Of a DNA stretch of 64,000 bases, positions 37,982 through 47,666 are shown in pieces. Both the position numbers and the translations under genes were made by a program. The notes below the pieces were generated by a model that was not told where the DNA came from, ran no database searches, and worked only from the letters and a program-made list of their open reading frames with translations. Within the stretch, counting starts at the first letter, position 1; every line of letters begins with the position of its first letter. Source of the DNA: a virus; IMG/VR virus record IMGVR_UViG_3300031758_000006; one strand, 5' to 3'.

Positions 37982-38278
37982 TTACCAAGTACTAACGTCA
38001 GTTAAATCTAACTCTACCTTAGCTAATTCACTATAAACTATGACAATTGGTCCTATACCGCTACTTGTAAATCGATATTCATAATCACCATACTCCCCGT
38101 AAACGGCTTTTATATGTCCTTGCCACTTTTTCAATTTTTTAACCTGGTCTGGATCTATTGTAAATGACATTGGTTTATATTTGTTTTCAATGTCATCCTT
38201 TTTATCAGATTTTTCTTTTTTATTTTTTTTTGACATTTCCAAGATTCTTGATTTTAAATTTATAATTTTACTTTTCAT
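37982..38278 (-). CDS. hypothetical protein
   Basis: ORF; YEYRFTSSGIG motif. Confidence 0.7.
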   Translation of the reverse strand: MKSKIINLKSRILEMSKKNKKEKSDKKDDIENKYKPMSFTIDPDQVKKLKKWQGHIKAVYGEYGDYEYRFTSSGIGPIVIVYSELAKVELDLTDVSTW

Positions 38279-38304
38279 AACATTATAAGTTTACGTATTT
38301 TTTT

Positions 38305-38853
38305 TTAAAGTTTCAATACTTTAACCGACCACGGGTCAAAAAAATTATCAACTTCACAAGTTTTAATTTCATTGTGTAGAGCGTCGTAGTAATAATCACC
38401 ATTCAATATAGGTGTTTTTTCCATAATAAAGTATTTACGTCCATTGAAGTTGACTAATGAGGTCTCTTCTCTGTGTTCATCACATAGACAATATATCCAA
38501 CCACCGATTTTATGTTGTACTCCCGGTTCACCACAAACTTCACAAACATTAAAACTTTCTTTTTCAGCTTCAACAACAAAATGAAATCCATTTTCTGGTA
38601 AATTATCTAAGAATATACTCATTCCACCAAACTTTTGTTTTACATTTAAAAATTGTTTATCCCAACCCATTGATATTAAAGTCTCAAACAATCTTTGTAA
38701 AATACCTAACCAACCATTACTGACGGAAAAATTGTGTCGTTCTAAAATGGGTGATTTATGTTTATGAAATCCGTGATTAAGTCCACCAATATTTTTTAAA
38801 AAATTATTAAATTCTTTATCGGATAAATAATTATTGTTCATTCTTACTCCCAT
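38305..38853 (-). CDS. conserved phage hypothetical protein
   Basis: VKQKFGG..CEVCGEPG..GWIYCLC motif. Confidence 0.75.
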   Translation of the reverse strand: MGVRMNNNYLSDKEFNNFLKNIGGLNHGFHKHKSPILERHNFSVSNGWLGILQRLFETLISMGWDKQFLNVKQKFGGMSIFLDNLPENGFHFVVEAEKESFNVCEVCGEPGVQHKIGGWIYCLCDEHREETSLVNFNGRKYFIMEKTPILNGDYYYDALHNEIKTCEVDNFFDPWSVKVLKL

Positions 38854-39262
38854 CTTTATTGTACATTTTTAACATGGTTAACGAATTTCTTAATATCCAA
38901 TATGAGTCCCAGAATCCACCTCTATCATCCAGGAAGATGTTAGCGTACAATTTCCCATTTAACCCATATGGTTTGTCCCATTCTGAGTGCATTTGGTTGA
39001 CACCATGAACAACAATTCCAAGATCCTCCACTTGTTTTTTAGCGTTCACCAATTGTTTTTCACTTCTAGCGGTATTAATTAAAAATACTATACCATGTTC
39101 TTGACATTCCAAAATTAAATCAACCATTTTTTTACAGTTCTCTTTAATTTCTTCGTTGTAAGGGATAATAGTATCGTCAAGGTCACAAGCTATGATGATT
39201 TTCCCATTTTTAACCCATTCATTTGTTAATCGATTCGTATAAAAATTAGCGTGGTGTCTCAT
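38831..39262 (-). CDS. HAD-like protein
   Basis: IACDLDDTI, INTAR, KLYANIFLDDR. Confidence 0.7.
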   Translation of the reverse strand: MRHHANFYTNRLTNEWVKNGKIIIACDLDDTIIPYNEEIKENCKKMVDLILECQEHGIVFLINTARSEKQLVNAKKQVEDLGIVVHGVNQMHSEWDKPYGLNGKLYANIFLDDRGGFWDSYWILRNSLTMLKMYNKDGSKNEQ

Positions 39263-39417
39263 TTTAATTTAGGTTTCTTTTTATGTGGTATAGTGATATC
39301 ATAATCACCGGTAATCCAAATAATATTGAAATTGTGGTCATCTGGAGTACCATACAAAACCCAACTAGGTATGTCACCGAAAATATTGTGTCGACTATAA
39401 CCTCAGTAATTCCAAGT

Positions 39418-40017
39418 TTAGTTATCAAACCAAAAAACGATTCTAATTTTCTCGTCAAACTCTTTAGTTTTTTCATCATCAAATAAGTAAAATTCTTCTT
39501 TTAATCTCTCGGTAATCTTATTAGCCAACCTAGCTAATGGACTTTCTTCTTCCCAAGTTCTATAATCCCAACCTTCAACTGTTGTAAATTCAGCGGACAT
39601 TGTTGGTGTTTTACCACTGGACTCCAATTCTTCAATTGATTCTGGTGATATCATACCCTCAACCCAGACTGTTGGGTTGTCAGATAAAAAATCATTAATT
39701 TCTTTTAGTGTTAGGTGACTGTGACTATGTCCATCAGATTCCCAATAGTCTGATCGTTTCTTTACAATCTCGGTAACATCCTCCGGTAATCCCTTTGGAT
39801 CTGAAATTGTATTCTCACAATATCCCCTTACGTTTGCCAGAATACAAAATAGTTCGTAGTTCCTTCCTAGGTATATTGACCTTTGTTCGTATTTCTCCCC
39901 ATTTTGACCGTCCTCACTGTAGTACGGATTAATTCTGAAGTCATCACAATTAACCCAAGTTTCAACACCATTGATTTTTATTTTTTTCTCAATGTATAAA
40001 TGAATATCACATCCCAT
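39418..40017 (-). CDS. conserved phage hypothetical protein
   Basis: MGCDIH..RNYELF.ILANVR..GLPED..DGHSHS..RIVFWFDN. Confidence 0.8.
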   Translation of the reverse strand: MGCDIHLYIEKKIKINGVETWVNCDDFRINPYYSEDGQNGEKYEQRSIYLGRNYELFCILANVRGYCENTISDPKGLPEDVTEIVKKRSDYWESDGHSHSHLTLKEINDFLSDNPTVWVEGMISPESIEELESSGKTPTMSAEFTTVEGWDYRTWEEESPLARLANKITERLKEEFYLFDDEKTKEFDEKIRIVFWFDN

Positions 40018-40036
40018 AATTTAAATTTTAAATGTT

Positions 40037-40201
40037 TTAATTAAAAAATCCCCCAGTTAAGAGTAATACAAAATATAACCCAGTACTAATAATTGTCACC
40101 CAAAAACTGTGATTCCCCTCTTTAGGTTTCCCATGTAGATGAGCTCCCAATAATAAGTTTAACGATAGTAAACAATACATAATAATTTGACTAGTTCCCA
40201 T
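40037..40201 (-). CDS. small membrane protein, 54 aa
   Basis: Manually translated; two hydrophobic stretches, HGKPK, ends GGFFN. Confidence 0.65.
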   Translation of the reverse strand: MGTSQIIMYCLLSLNLLLGAHLHGKPKEGNHSFWVTIISTGLYFVLLLTGGFFN

Positions 40202-40229
40202 AATAATTTAATTTTAATTTATATTTTAT

Positions 40230-41261
40230 TTATTTTCCAAATCCAACAGTTCCGGATCCTTTTATTCTTGGTTTCTCAGCTAAAGATTCCAAATTACTAA
40301 TTGTTTCCTCAAATGTTCTTCCCATCACAATTACCGAAATAACAACCTCTTTTAAATGTGATAGGGACATCCCTTCAGTTTTTTTAACCCACAGATCAAT
40401 GTCAATACCCTTAATGTCTTCCTCATTTAATTTGTGGTTAATATACGCTCTTCTAATTTCCTCATTAGGACTCCCCACCTTATATCGTCTATCAAATCTT
40501 GATGGTCGATTTGTGATTCGTTCCTGGAGTTTCTCTGGGTAATTGGTTGTCGCGATATACACAACACCTTCAATTTGTTTAACCCCGTCTAGGATGTTTA
40601 ATAACCTAGCTGTTTGGTACCTACTTTCACTAGCTATTGAATCAATGTCTTCCAATAAAACAACAAGTGGTCTATTTGGTTCTACCTTTCTAAACGTTGA
40701 GATGAATGATGTAAATCTATCCACATCTTCTTCGTCTTTAACATTGATGACAATACCATTTCTCTCGATTAATTTTTGTGATATGAGTTGGATGATACCG
40801 GATTTACCACATCCTGGATCACCGTACATTAAAATTCCTCTTTTATGAATAAAATTATATGTTTTGTATTTGTCCGCTCTATTCCAGAAGTTTTCAATGT
40901 CTTCCAGGATATCTTTAATTTCTGGTGACGGTAAATGATATAACTCGTCCGTTTTGAATGGTTGTTTCTTTAATGTATGAGTTTGTAGATTACTATTCCA
41001 ACCTATTTCATAAACCCCAGCTGGTACTTGTGGTACTGTGACATAAGCGGGAGCGTATTCCTCATTTTTTAGATTACTCCAACAAGAAGGAACGTCTGTA
41101 TCAATTTTATGGCCCTCTTCTAGATCTGGTACTACCCTACCAATGATTGGTTCGTCAAATCTTCTTGGGTCATCGTCCGTGTACTCAAGTGTTTCTTCAA
41201 TATATTTATCACTCATATTATTTTTTTTTAAAATTTCTTTTAGTTCTTTTTTCCATTCCAT
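40230..41261 (-). CDS. AAA+ ATPase
   Basis: GDPGCGKS Walker A, LLEDID Walker B, TTNYPEKL, RPSRFD. Confidence 0.9.
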   Translation of the reverse strand: MEWKKELKEILKKNNMSDKYIEETLEYTDDDPRRFDEPIIGRVVPDLEEGHKIDTDVPSCWSNLKNEEYAPAYVTVPQVPAGVYEIGWNSNLQTHTLKKQPFKTDELYHLPSPEIKDILEDIENFWNRADKYKTYNFIHKRGILMYGDPGCGKSGIIQLISQKLIERNGIVINVKDEEDVDRFTSFISTFRKVEPNRPLVVLLEDIDSIASESRYQTARLLNILDGVKQIEGVVYIATTNYPEKLQERITNRPSRFDRRYKVGSPNEEIRRAYINHKLNEEDIKGIDIDLWVKKTEGMSLSHLKEVVISVIVMGRTFEETISNLESLAEKPRIKGSGTVGFGK

Positions 41262-41262
41262 A

Positions 41263-42354
41263 CTATTGTTCAGATTCCCCATAATGTTTAATCATGTGTT
41301 CTTCAATTTGATTTAAAATATGATTAGAAACCATATCATTATCAGGTCCTGTGGTAAATCTTTGTACTACCTGAATTGGTACCAACCTAGCTTGTCGTGT
41401 GACCGCGGTTACTTCTCTTTCTTCCATTACGATATCACAAACAGGAGGTTCCGGGTCAATAATTTCCTCTTGTTCTCCCGATTCATGAATCATGGGTTGG
41501 TTGATTTCATCAGGTAATTTACCATGATGTCCTCTCATTTTCTTTTTCTCATCATCCGAGAATAGTTTATAGTTTGGTATTGTTGTCGGTAATTTAAGAT
41601 CTGTCTCCCTTAATATTATTTCCAAGATGGAAAGTGGTAGTCCCGTTTGTATGGTATCAATTTGTTTGTCCTCCTGGTTGAATGTTTTAAACACGTAATT
41701 TTCGTGTTCATTAAACTCTAATTCAAAGTAATTCGGACAGTGTTTGTAGAAAGCGAACTTTTTATTTTCTTTTTTATCGATTAGGTAGATCAAAATACCT
41801 CTTGAATGGTTATAGAAATAAGAATCGTCATTAATCATAGCTGTACACCATTTAGTTTGGTAACCGTACGAACAAGATGACATATAAGTTAGTGGTTTAA
41901 AAATCAAATAATTTTGATCCTCATAAATCCTATGGATTTCTTTTTTTGATTTCTTAAACATCTCACGATTCTTAGCTTCAAATAAATTTGTCTCCAACAT
42001 TTCCCAAGAATCATATTTACTAATATCGTTTTCTTGTATTAAACCTTTCTCCATTAATTGTGTAAATTCCACAAATCTACTCATATTACCGTGAGAAAAT
42101 ATCCAGTCAGTAATATAATCCCTAATTAGAGCGTTTTCACAAGAACTGTATGGCATTACATCATCAAGTGGGTCGTTTTCACGGAATGGTCTTACAAAAC
42201 TCCTGTCGTTTTCGATTGCCGATACTTTTTTAGTAAACATTTTAACTAAAAATTGTGTATATTTTTTAGTTTTAGTCGAATCAAACTTAGATAACATGTC
42301 AATGAGTGTCATGTTTAAAAGATCATTTTCTTTTTTTAATTTTTTAATCCCCAT
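41263..42354 (-). CDS. hypothetical protein, 'YGxxTKWC' family
   Basis: IYEDQNYLIFKPLT..SCSYGYQTKWCT; paralog of 48331..49263. Confidence 0.8.
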   Translation of the reverse strand: MGIKKLKKENDLLNMTLIDMLSKFDSTKTKKYTQFLVKMFTKKVSAIENDRSFVRPFRENDPLDDVMPYSSCENALIRDYITDWIFSHGNMSRFVEFTQLMEKGLIQENDISKYDSWEMLETNLFEAKNREMFKKSKKEIHRIYEDQNYLIFKPLTYMSSCSYGYQTKWCTAMINDDSYFYNHSRGILIYLIDKKENKKFAFYKHCPNYFELEFNEHENYVFKTFNQEDKQIDTIQTGLPLSILEIILRETDLKLPTTIPNYKLFSDDEKKKMRGHHGKLPDEINQPMIHESGEQEEIIDPEPPVCDIVMEEREVTAVTRQARLVPIQVVQRFTTGPDNDMVSNHILNQIEEHMIKHYGESEQ

Positions 42355-42357
42355 ATA

Positions 42358-42543
42358 TTATTCATTTATTTCTGTTAAACAAGATCCAAGAAGTATTAAT
42401 TCAAATAGTACAAATCCCATTATATTAAAAAATCCACTAAACAACTCCCAGGTTGTGATGTCCAACGACCCAAAAACTAAGGAGAATATTGAGTACCAGA
42501 ATAGGTTTTTTGATAAAAACTCTAAAAAGTTCAGTGTGTACAT
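42358..42543 (-). CDS. small membrane protein
   Basis: Hydrophobic 61-aa ORF filling an operon gap. Confidence 0.55.
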   Translation of the reverse strand: MYTLNFLEFLSKNLFWYSIFSLVFGSLDITTWELFSGFFNIMGFVLFELILLGSCLTEINE

Positions 42544-42545
42544 GT

Positions 42546-42773
42546 TTATTTGACGATTATTGGTTCAACAATCACTAATATTTCCTCAATACGATCAGTT
42601 TTTAATTTTACAATTCTATCCTCTTTAAGTAATAATTCCTCATCACCTGAATTTATATTGTTATAGTATTCTTTTAATTTGTCTTTTGCCGAATATTCGG
42701 ACTTGTGAAATGATACGTATTTATCACACTCATCCCTTTTATCTAAAAGGGCAAACACTACTTGGTTATTCAT
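42546..42773 (-). CDS. hypothetical protein
   Basis: ORF in operon. Confidence 0.6.
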   Translation of the reverse strand: MNNQVVFALLDKRDECDKYVSFHKSEYSAKDKLKEYYNNINSGDEELLLKEDRIVKLKTDRIEEILVIVEPIIVK

Positions 42774-43039
42774 GGTAATCTACTTGATATTTTTTTAATT
42801 AATTCTTCTTCCTCATTTGTTAACAAATAATATGAGTTCCATATTTTCGTTAACTTGTCTCTTAATTCACGTTCACCTGGTGATTCCTCATCACCCCGAA
42901 CTACTTTTCTAATTTCCGGGTTTGGGTGTCCTTCTAAGACTCCATCATCGTGTAACCAATCCGCCATTATTTCTTTATCACGTCTATCCATTTCATGGTA
43001 GACCTCATCTAAATCAACATCAATTCTTATGTAAGCCAT
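42770..43039 (-). CDS. hypothetical protein
   Basis: ORF in operon. Confidence 0.65.
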   Translation of the reverse strand: MAYIRIDVDLDEVYHEMDRRDKEIMADWLHDDGVLEGHPNPEIRKVVRGDEESPGERELRDKLTKIWNSYYLLTNEEEELIKKISSRLP

Positions 43040-43079
43040 ATTGTGTTTTTTTTAAGTATAAAAATAAAAATTTAATAAA

Positions 43080-44207
43080 TCAATGGGAGTCCCCAACATT
43101 ATGTTTTTCACTGAAAATTAAATAATCTGGGTTAATAACTTTAGATACCTTATTTCGTTCTCCGGTAATCGTTTTAACCACAACACCTTCGTGAGGTACT
43201 TTGGTTCCTCTAATGAAATTATTAAATACGTATTCGTCTTGTTCTTCTTTAGACCATTTTCCTATGTATAATAATTCAACGGTTGGTAACTCCAAGTCAA
43301 TAAAGATCCCACGTTCAACAAAAAATTCTTTATAGTTACCATTAATTTCAACATCAAAACCAGCGAACTTAATATCCTCCAGTTGGTAATCATAATTTTT
43401 TTGAATCCCGTATCCATAGATTTCACCGTAAATAATTAAACCACTTTGTAATCTTTCCGGTGTATAATAAGTTTTAACATATTTCCATAATTTTTCTTTA
43501 ATCATGTATTGGTCCGCGATTGTTCTCCAAACATCTGTTGAGTAGAATCCCTGGGATTCAGATCCCTTCTCAACGTTATGAGATCCGTATACATACTCAA
43601 AGTAAACCCACTTATTTCCAAATAATCTCCTAATACGATCAATAATGGATAACTTTTTCTTTTTAACTATCCCATACCTAGCGTTGGTTCCATGAAGTTT
43701 TCTTGTTATAACTACTGTGTCCTCACCGGTGAACATATCCGGAACATTTTTTTGATTCGGGAATTTATGGTAAACATGGAAGTTTGGGTTTTGGTGATAT
43801 TTAAACTTTCGTCCACCTGAAACTAATGTAACGGTTTTTACCGGTGGTTCATATTTGGTGATCTCCATTTTTTCCATCATGTCCATACCGTCATAATACT
43901 GATCACCATAACCTGGTATGTACTTAGTGGGGATTATTAAACACTCTGAATAAACACCTCTCAATTTGACCGTACGAACTCTTTGGCCCTTACGTAGGTA
44001 ATTGGTCACACCCATTTTATCGGATAACTCCTGTGGTATTATCGCGTCTGTTGTGGCTATTACAACCAGGTCACCAACTTTATATTCACCTTTTGGGGTT
44101 ATGGAGTTCCATCCATTAACCATAACTAATTCAATATTGTCTGAATTTGGTATTTCGGATATTGACCCTATCGTACCAACATAAGCTACACTGTTTTGAT
44201 TTTCCAT
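43080..44207 (-). CDS. RNA ligase, DRB0094-type (OB-fold + nucleotidyltransferase)
   Basis: IPNSDNIE..VRTVKLRGVYSE; TRKLHGTN motif I, IYGEIYG, FAGFDV, EGVVVK. Confidence 0.88.
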   Translation of the reverse strand: MENQNSVAYVGTIGSISEIPNSDNIELVMVNGWNSITPKGEYKVGDLVVIATTDAIIPQELSDKMGVTNYLRKGQRVRTVKLRGVYSECLIIPTKYIPGYGDQYYDGMDMMEKMEITKYEPPVKTVTLVSGGRKFKYHQNPNFHVYHKFPNQKNVPDMFTGEDTVVITRKLHGTNARYGIVKKKKLSIIDRIRRLFGNKWVYFEYVYGSHNVEKGSESQGFYSTDVWRTIADQYMIKEKLWKYVKTYYTPERLQSGLIIYGEIYGYGIQKNYDYQLEDIKFAGFDVEINGNYKEFFVERGIFIDLELPTVELLYIGKWSKEEQDEYVFNNFIRGTKVPHEGVVVKTITGERNKVSKVINPDYLIFSEKHNVGDSH

Positions 44208-44208
44208 A

Positions 44209-44469
44209 TTATAGTTTTTCAAATTCTTCTTTTACTAAATCTATTTCTTCATTCAACCTCTCAAGTGATTTGGTAATCATTTCTTTAATAAGATTTGTAT
44301 TATAGAGACTCACCTCTTGTTTACTCGGATAAACTCCTCCCTTTGAATATTCAACTTTTACACCTAAACTACAAGATTTAAGTGCGGATTCCAGTTTATA
44401 CTTTTGTATTTCTAACCTATCAAAATTCTCTTTGATTTTTTTTGCCTGTTCAAATTTTTCTACTTCCAT
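44209..44469 (-). CDS. hypothetical protein
   Basis: ORF in operon. Confidence 0.65.
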   Translation of the reverse strand: MEVEKFEQAKKIKENFDRLEIQKYKLESALKSCSLGVKVEYSKGGVYPSKQEVSLYNTNLIKEMITKSLERLNEEIDLVKEEFEKL

Positions 44470-44483
44470 TTTATTTTAAATTT

Positions 44484-45008
44484 TTAATTTTCACCATCTT
44501 CATCAGAATACTCTTTCTTCATAGATCTTGGTTCAACAAAATCCCACTTGGTGTTTTCAAATTCTTCAATCCATTCTTTCAAATCTTCTCTTGTCCATAT
44601 TGGTGCAAAAGATGGTCGGTATTTAAATGGTACATTATCTTTATTTTCCCACTCATCAAGTCGTTGTGTTACATCCTTAATAAAGTTTTTAGACTTAGTG
44701 TGTTTAACCCACTCTCGATAATCGTCCTCCGATTTGATGTACATAACATCGCCATAATTATAAAACTCCATTTCAGGAAATTCCAAATTTGGGTTATTGG
44801 TGTAAACATCAACAATGCCATTGTCTCCGTTGTATTCACCACAAAGTTCTTTTAATGAATATAAACTACTTGGTCTTTCTTCCCACACACTGCCAAACTG
44901 ACGGACAGAACAGATGTATAAATAACCATCCTCATATGAATGAATAAGTCCTTCAATTTTATTTCTCAAAGAAATAAGTTCGTCCATTGTTAATTTTGTA
45001 AGATCCAT
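44484..45008 (-). CDS. hypothetical protein
   Basis: 174-aa ORF. Confidence 0.7.
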   Translation of the reverse strand: MDLTKLTMDELISLRNKIEGLIHSYEDGYLYICSVRQFGSVWEERPSSLYSLKELCGEYNGDNGIVDVYTNNPNLEFPEMEFYNYGDVMYIKSEDDYREWVKHTKSKNFIKDVTQRLDEWENKDNVPFKYRPSFAPIWTREDLKEWIEEFENTKWDFVEPRSMKKEYSDEDGEN

Positions 45009-45009
45009 A

Positions 45010-45420
45010 TTATATGTTTAAATGTTTTTTTGCGTTCTCTAAAAATCCTTCAATATTTCTTTTTCCAACTGGGTTTGCACTATGAACCAAATACTCCGGT
45101 AATGGTTGGTTTTCATCTGCACAGTATTCCACAAGAAACTTTGCACAGTCAAGACCAGTTTTTTCTTCTATGTTATCATAATCCAAAGTTCCATTGGTTG
45201 CAACATTTCTAAAATATTCATCCATCGCGGTATCACCTAGGTCGTGATCAAATGATACAAATTTAGGGACTCCGTTAAGTTCAATGTATTCAACAAAATC
45301 ATCATAGTTTGTCACTATATCCCAATCATTGGAAAAGTAAAACTGATTGTGTTTATCTGAGACCAACCCAATTGCGTCTTTTGGGATTCTTACATCATCC
45401 AAAAATAATTTATTTTTCAT
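45010..45420 (-). CDS. cyclic-phosphate-processing receiver-like domain protein
   Basis: LFLDDVR, VSFDHDLG, TGLDCAKFL, VHSANPVG. Confidence 0.8.
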   Translation of the reverse strand: MKNKLFLDDVRIPKDAIGLVSDKHNQFYFSNDWDIVTNYDDFVEYIELNGVPKFVSFDHDLGDTAMDEYFRNVATNGTLDYDNIEEKTGLDCAKFLVEYCADENQPLPEYLVHSANPVGKRNIEGFLENAKKHLNI

Positions 45421-45775
45421 ACAATCCGTCTTTTTCGTCGTCTTTCATCATTTTAACTATTGCACTTTCTCTTTTGTATTTTCTCAAAAGATTGAAGATT
45501 TCCTTGATATCTGTAAATTCAGATGGTGGCGAGTCGTTTCTTCCTGGAAGAAACATCACAGTAAATCCGTGATTTGCTGCAAACCTTTCGGTTACTCTAA
45601 TACCATTGATTTCATCAAGATAAATCCAAGGAAAGTTTCCTGATAGTTTTACTTCTATTCCTATTTTTTTAAGTCGTTCAATAAACACTGCAAGTTTATC
45701 TGTGCTTATTTTTGTGCTGTTTCTTGTTTCCATCGTATATGTTCCAAATTTAGTTTTTACTTCCATAACATTCAA
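45410..45775 (-). CDS. hypothetical protein
   Basis: ORF overlapping neighbours. Confidence 0.6.
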   Translation of the reverse strand: MNVMEVKTKFGTYTMETRNSTKISTDKLAVFIERLKKIGIEVKLSGNFPWIYLDEINGIRVTERFAANHGFTVMFLPGRNDSPPSEFTDIKEIFNLLRKYKRESAIVKMMKDDEKDGLYEK

Positions 45776-45923
45776 GTTTTTTATCCGTTACATTCCACAA
45801 ATCTTTTTTTCCTTCCGTCATATGACAGTTGTGTTTCTTTCCGGTTCTTTTACCGAACTCCACAATCATATCATTATGACGATTACGAATAAAATGAGGA
45901 CATTCTTTGCAGGGTTTTTTCAC
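45750..45923 (-). CDS. small Cys/His-rich protein, 57 aa (GTG start, KKPCKECP..HNCH..LECYG)
   Basis: Manually translated; immediately behind the promoter at 45928-45959. Confidence 0.6.
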   Translation of the reverse strand: MKKPCKECPHFIRNRHNDMIVEFGKRTGKKHNCHMTEGKKDLWNVTDKKLECYGSKN

Positions 45924-45927
45924 TCCG

Positions 45928-45959
45928 TAAAGTTAAGAAATGTTTTTTAATGAAACAAA
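45928..45959 (-). promoter_or_regulatory. Bacteroidota-type promoter variant TTTG-N20-TAACTTTA
   Basis: Spacing and boxes near consensus; 4 nt from the GTG. Confidence 0.5.
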
Positions 45960-47198
45960 TTATTTTTTGAAATTGTAGGTGGTTTGGATTGGTCTTTTAC
46001 CGTACTTCTTTTCCATAAGTTTCTGGTGTAAATCCCAATTCACGATCGATTCGTTTGTTTGTTCCTTCTCGTCTGGGATTAAGGAATAAATTTTTGATAT
46101 TTTTTTTAACATTTGATTACCTAATCTATTAAAATTTTCACATTCATCTTTAAAAAACTGTACAGGATCATTTTGATACCTTACAGTTCTTGAGATGTAT
46201 TTATCTCTAATCCTTTCCTTTTCTTTATCTATGAATGGACTAGAAGTTCCAATAAAATTTGAAAACAATTGGTCCAGTCTGTCTTTAGCGTTATAAAATT
46301 GATCGTCGAAAATGTTAATCTTAGCGTTTACTATGTTGATATATACAAGTTCAAGGATCTTTGATATTTTTTCATTATCTGACATATTTTTTGGGTCAAG
46401 TTTAACGTGTGTTAATAACCTATCAATTCTGTCCATTTCATTTTTCATACTTTCAATTAATTTATCAAAAGTAAGATCTCTAATATTTTTAATTTCAATG
46501 AATGTTGGGTCATTGGTTATGAACTCATAAAATTGGTCTCTGGTGACTCCTTTTAATTTCATCCTAGCAGCTATCTCAGTTGGTCTAACCAGATTCTCAA
46601 TTGAACTGATGAAATAAGATTTTCTCATAAAATCATCGATCACCGGAATACCGAATCTAATTCCAGATGACGCGTATACTTGGTATTTTGCTAATTTACC
46701 TAATTGACCCATCTTCTTTTTGGATTTGTCATATCTGTGTTTTAACTCATGTGCTAATATTGAGATGGTTTCAATACTATCTTTTGTAAACGACTCATAC
46801 ATATCACTTGGTTCCCAATTTTCTGAAGCTATAAAACTTAAAGCTAAATCTAGTTTAGAATTTTGTAATATAATTACCATTTTAATACCCGTATCAAATC
46901 TAGATTGGTTATAAACACCCATAGACCCAATCACCATTTCACCATCATATTCATCGACAGTTTCAACGGAAACCTCAACTTCTAGTTCCTTTAATTTCAG
47001 ATCCAAAATGTTAATTTCAAATGTACTCCCAAATTCGTATTTGGGTTCTTTGGTGTTAATTTTTTTCAATTGTTCCGAAATGAAGTTATATAATTTTTCA
47101 GCTTCATCTATAATACCTTCAGGTACTCCAACAGCTTCAGTTATCAATTTTTTTGATATATAATTAAGTTGATTCTCGGTTAAAAAAATATTTTTCAT
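45960..47198 (-). CDS. hypothetical protein with leader (MKNIFLTENQL..LITE), possible HExxH-type motif
   Basis: TATTTAT at 47204-47210; ILAHELKH segment. Confidence 0.75.
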   Translation of the reverse strand: MKNIFLTENQLNYISKKLITEAVGVPEGIIDEAEKLYNFISEQLKKINTKEPKYEFGSTFEINILDLKLKELEVEVSVETVDEYDGEMVIGSMGVYNQSRFDTGIKMVIILQNSKLDLALSFIASENWEPSDMYESFTKDSIETISILAHELKHRYDKSKKKMGQLGKLAKYQVYASSGIRFGIPVIDDFMRKSYFISSIENLVRPTEIAARMKLKGVTRDQFYEFITNDPTFIEIKNIRDLTFDKLIESMKNEMDRIDRLLTHVKLDPKNMSDNEKISKILELVYINIVNAKINIFDDQFYNAKDRLDQLFSNFIGTSSPFIDKEKERIRDKYISRTVRYQNDPVQFFKDECENFNRLGNQMLKKISKIYSLIPDEKEQTNESIVNWDLHQKLMEKKYGKRPIQTTYNFKK

Positions 47199-47261
47199 AT
47201 TATATAAATATAAAGGGGACCCATTATAGATCCCCAGTTTAGAATTAATCAATAAGTATGT

Positions 47262-47627
47262 TTACTTCCGTAAAGGTACGGTGTCAACAATTTCCAAAGA
47301 TACCGGAATAATTCCAGCTCTAATAATGTTTAACTTCTTAGCACATCCATAAGACAAATCTATAATCATCTTTGACGACTTTGGTAGTCTATCGTTGATC
47401 TTGACCAGGATTGTGTCATTATTTTTTAAATTTTTCACCTTAACAATGGTTCCAAATTTATAGTACTTGTGTGCTGCGGTTAAACTGTCACTGTAAAATG
47501 TTTCACCTGACGCGGTTTTCCTTCCGGTCCAGTGTTGTCCATAATACGAAGCTGTTCCCTTTACCGGACCACCACTCATCATAACCGACATCAAAAACAT
47601 CGGTAAAAATAAACTAGCTTTTCTCAT
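47262..47627 (-). CDS. rlpA: RlpA-like lytic transglycosylase (DPBB domain) with signal peptide
   Basis: GTASYYG..TASGETF..TAAHK..FGTIVKVKNL..VKINDR..IIDLS. Confidence 0.88.
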   Translation of the reverse strand: MRKASLFLPMFLMSVMMSGGPVKGTASYYGQHWTGRKTASGETFYSDSLTAAHKYYKFGTIVKVKNLKNNDTILVKINDRLPKSSKMIIDLSYGCAKKLNIIRAGIIPVSLEIVDTVPLRK

Positions 47628-47666
47628 AGTTTTTGTTTTTATTTTGGTTTATTTATTACAAATTAA

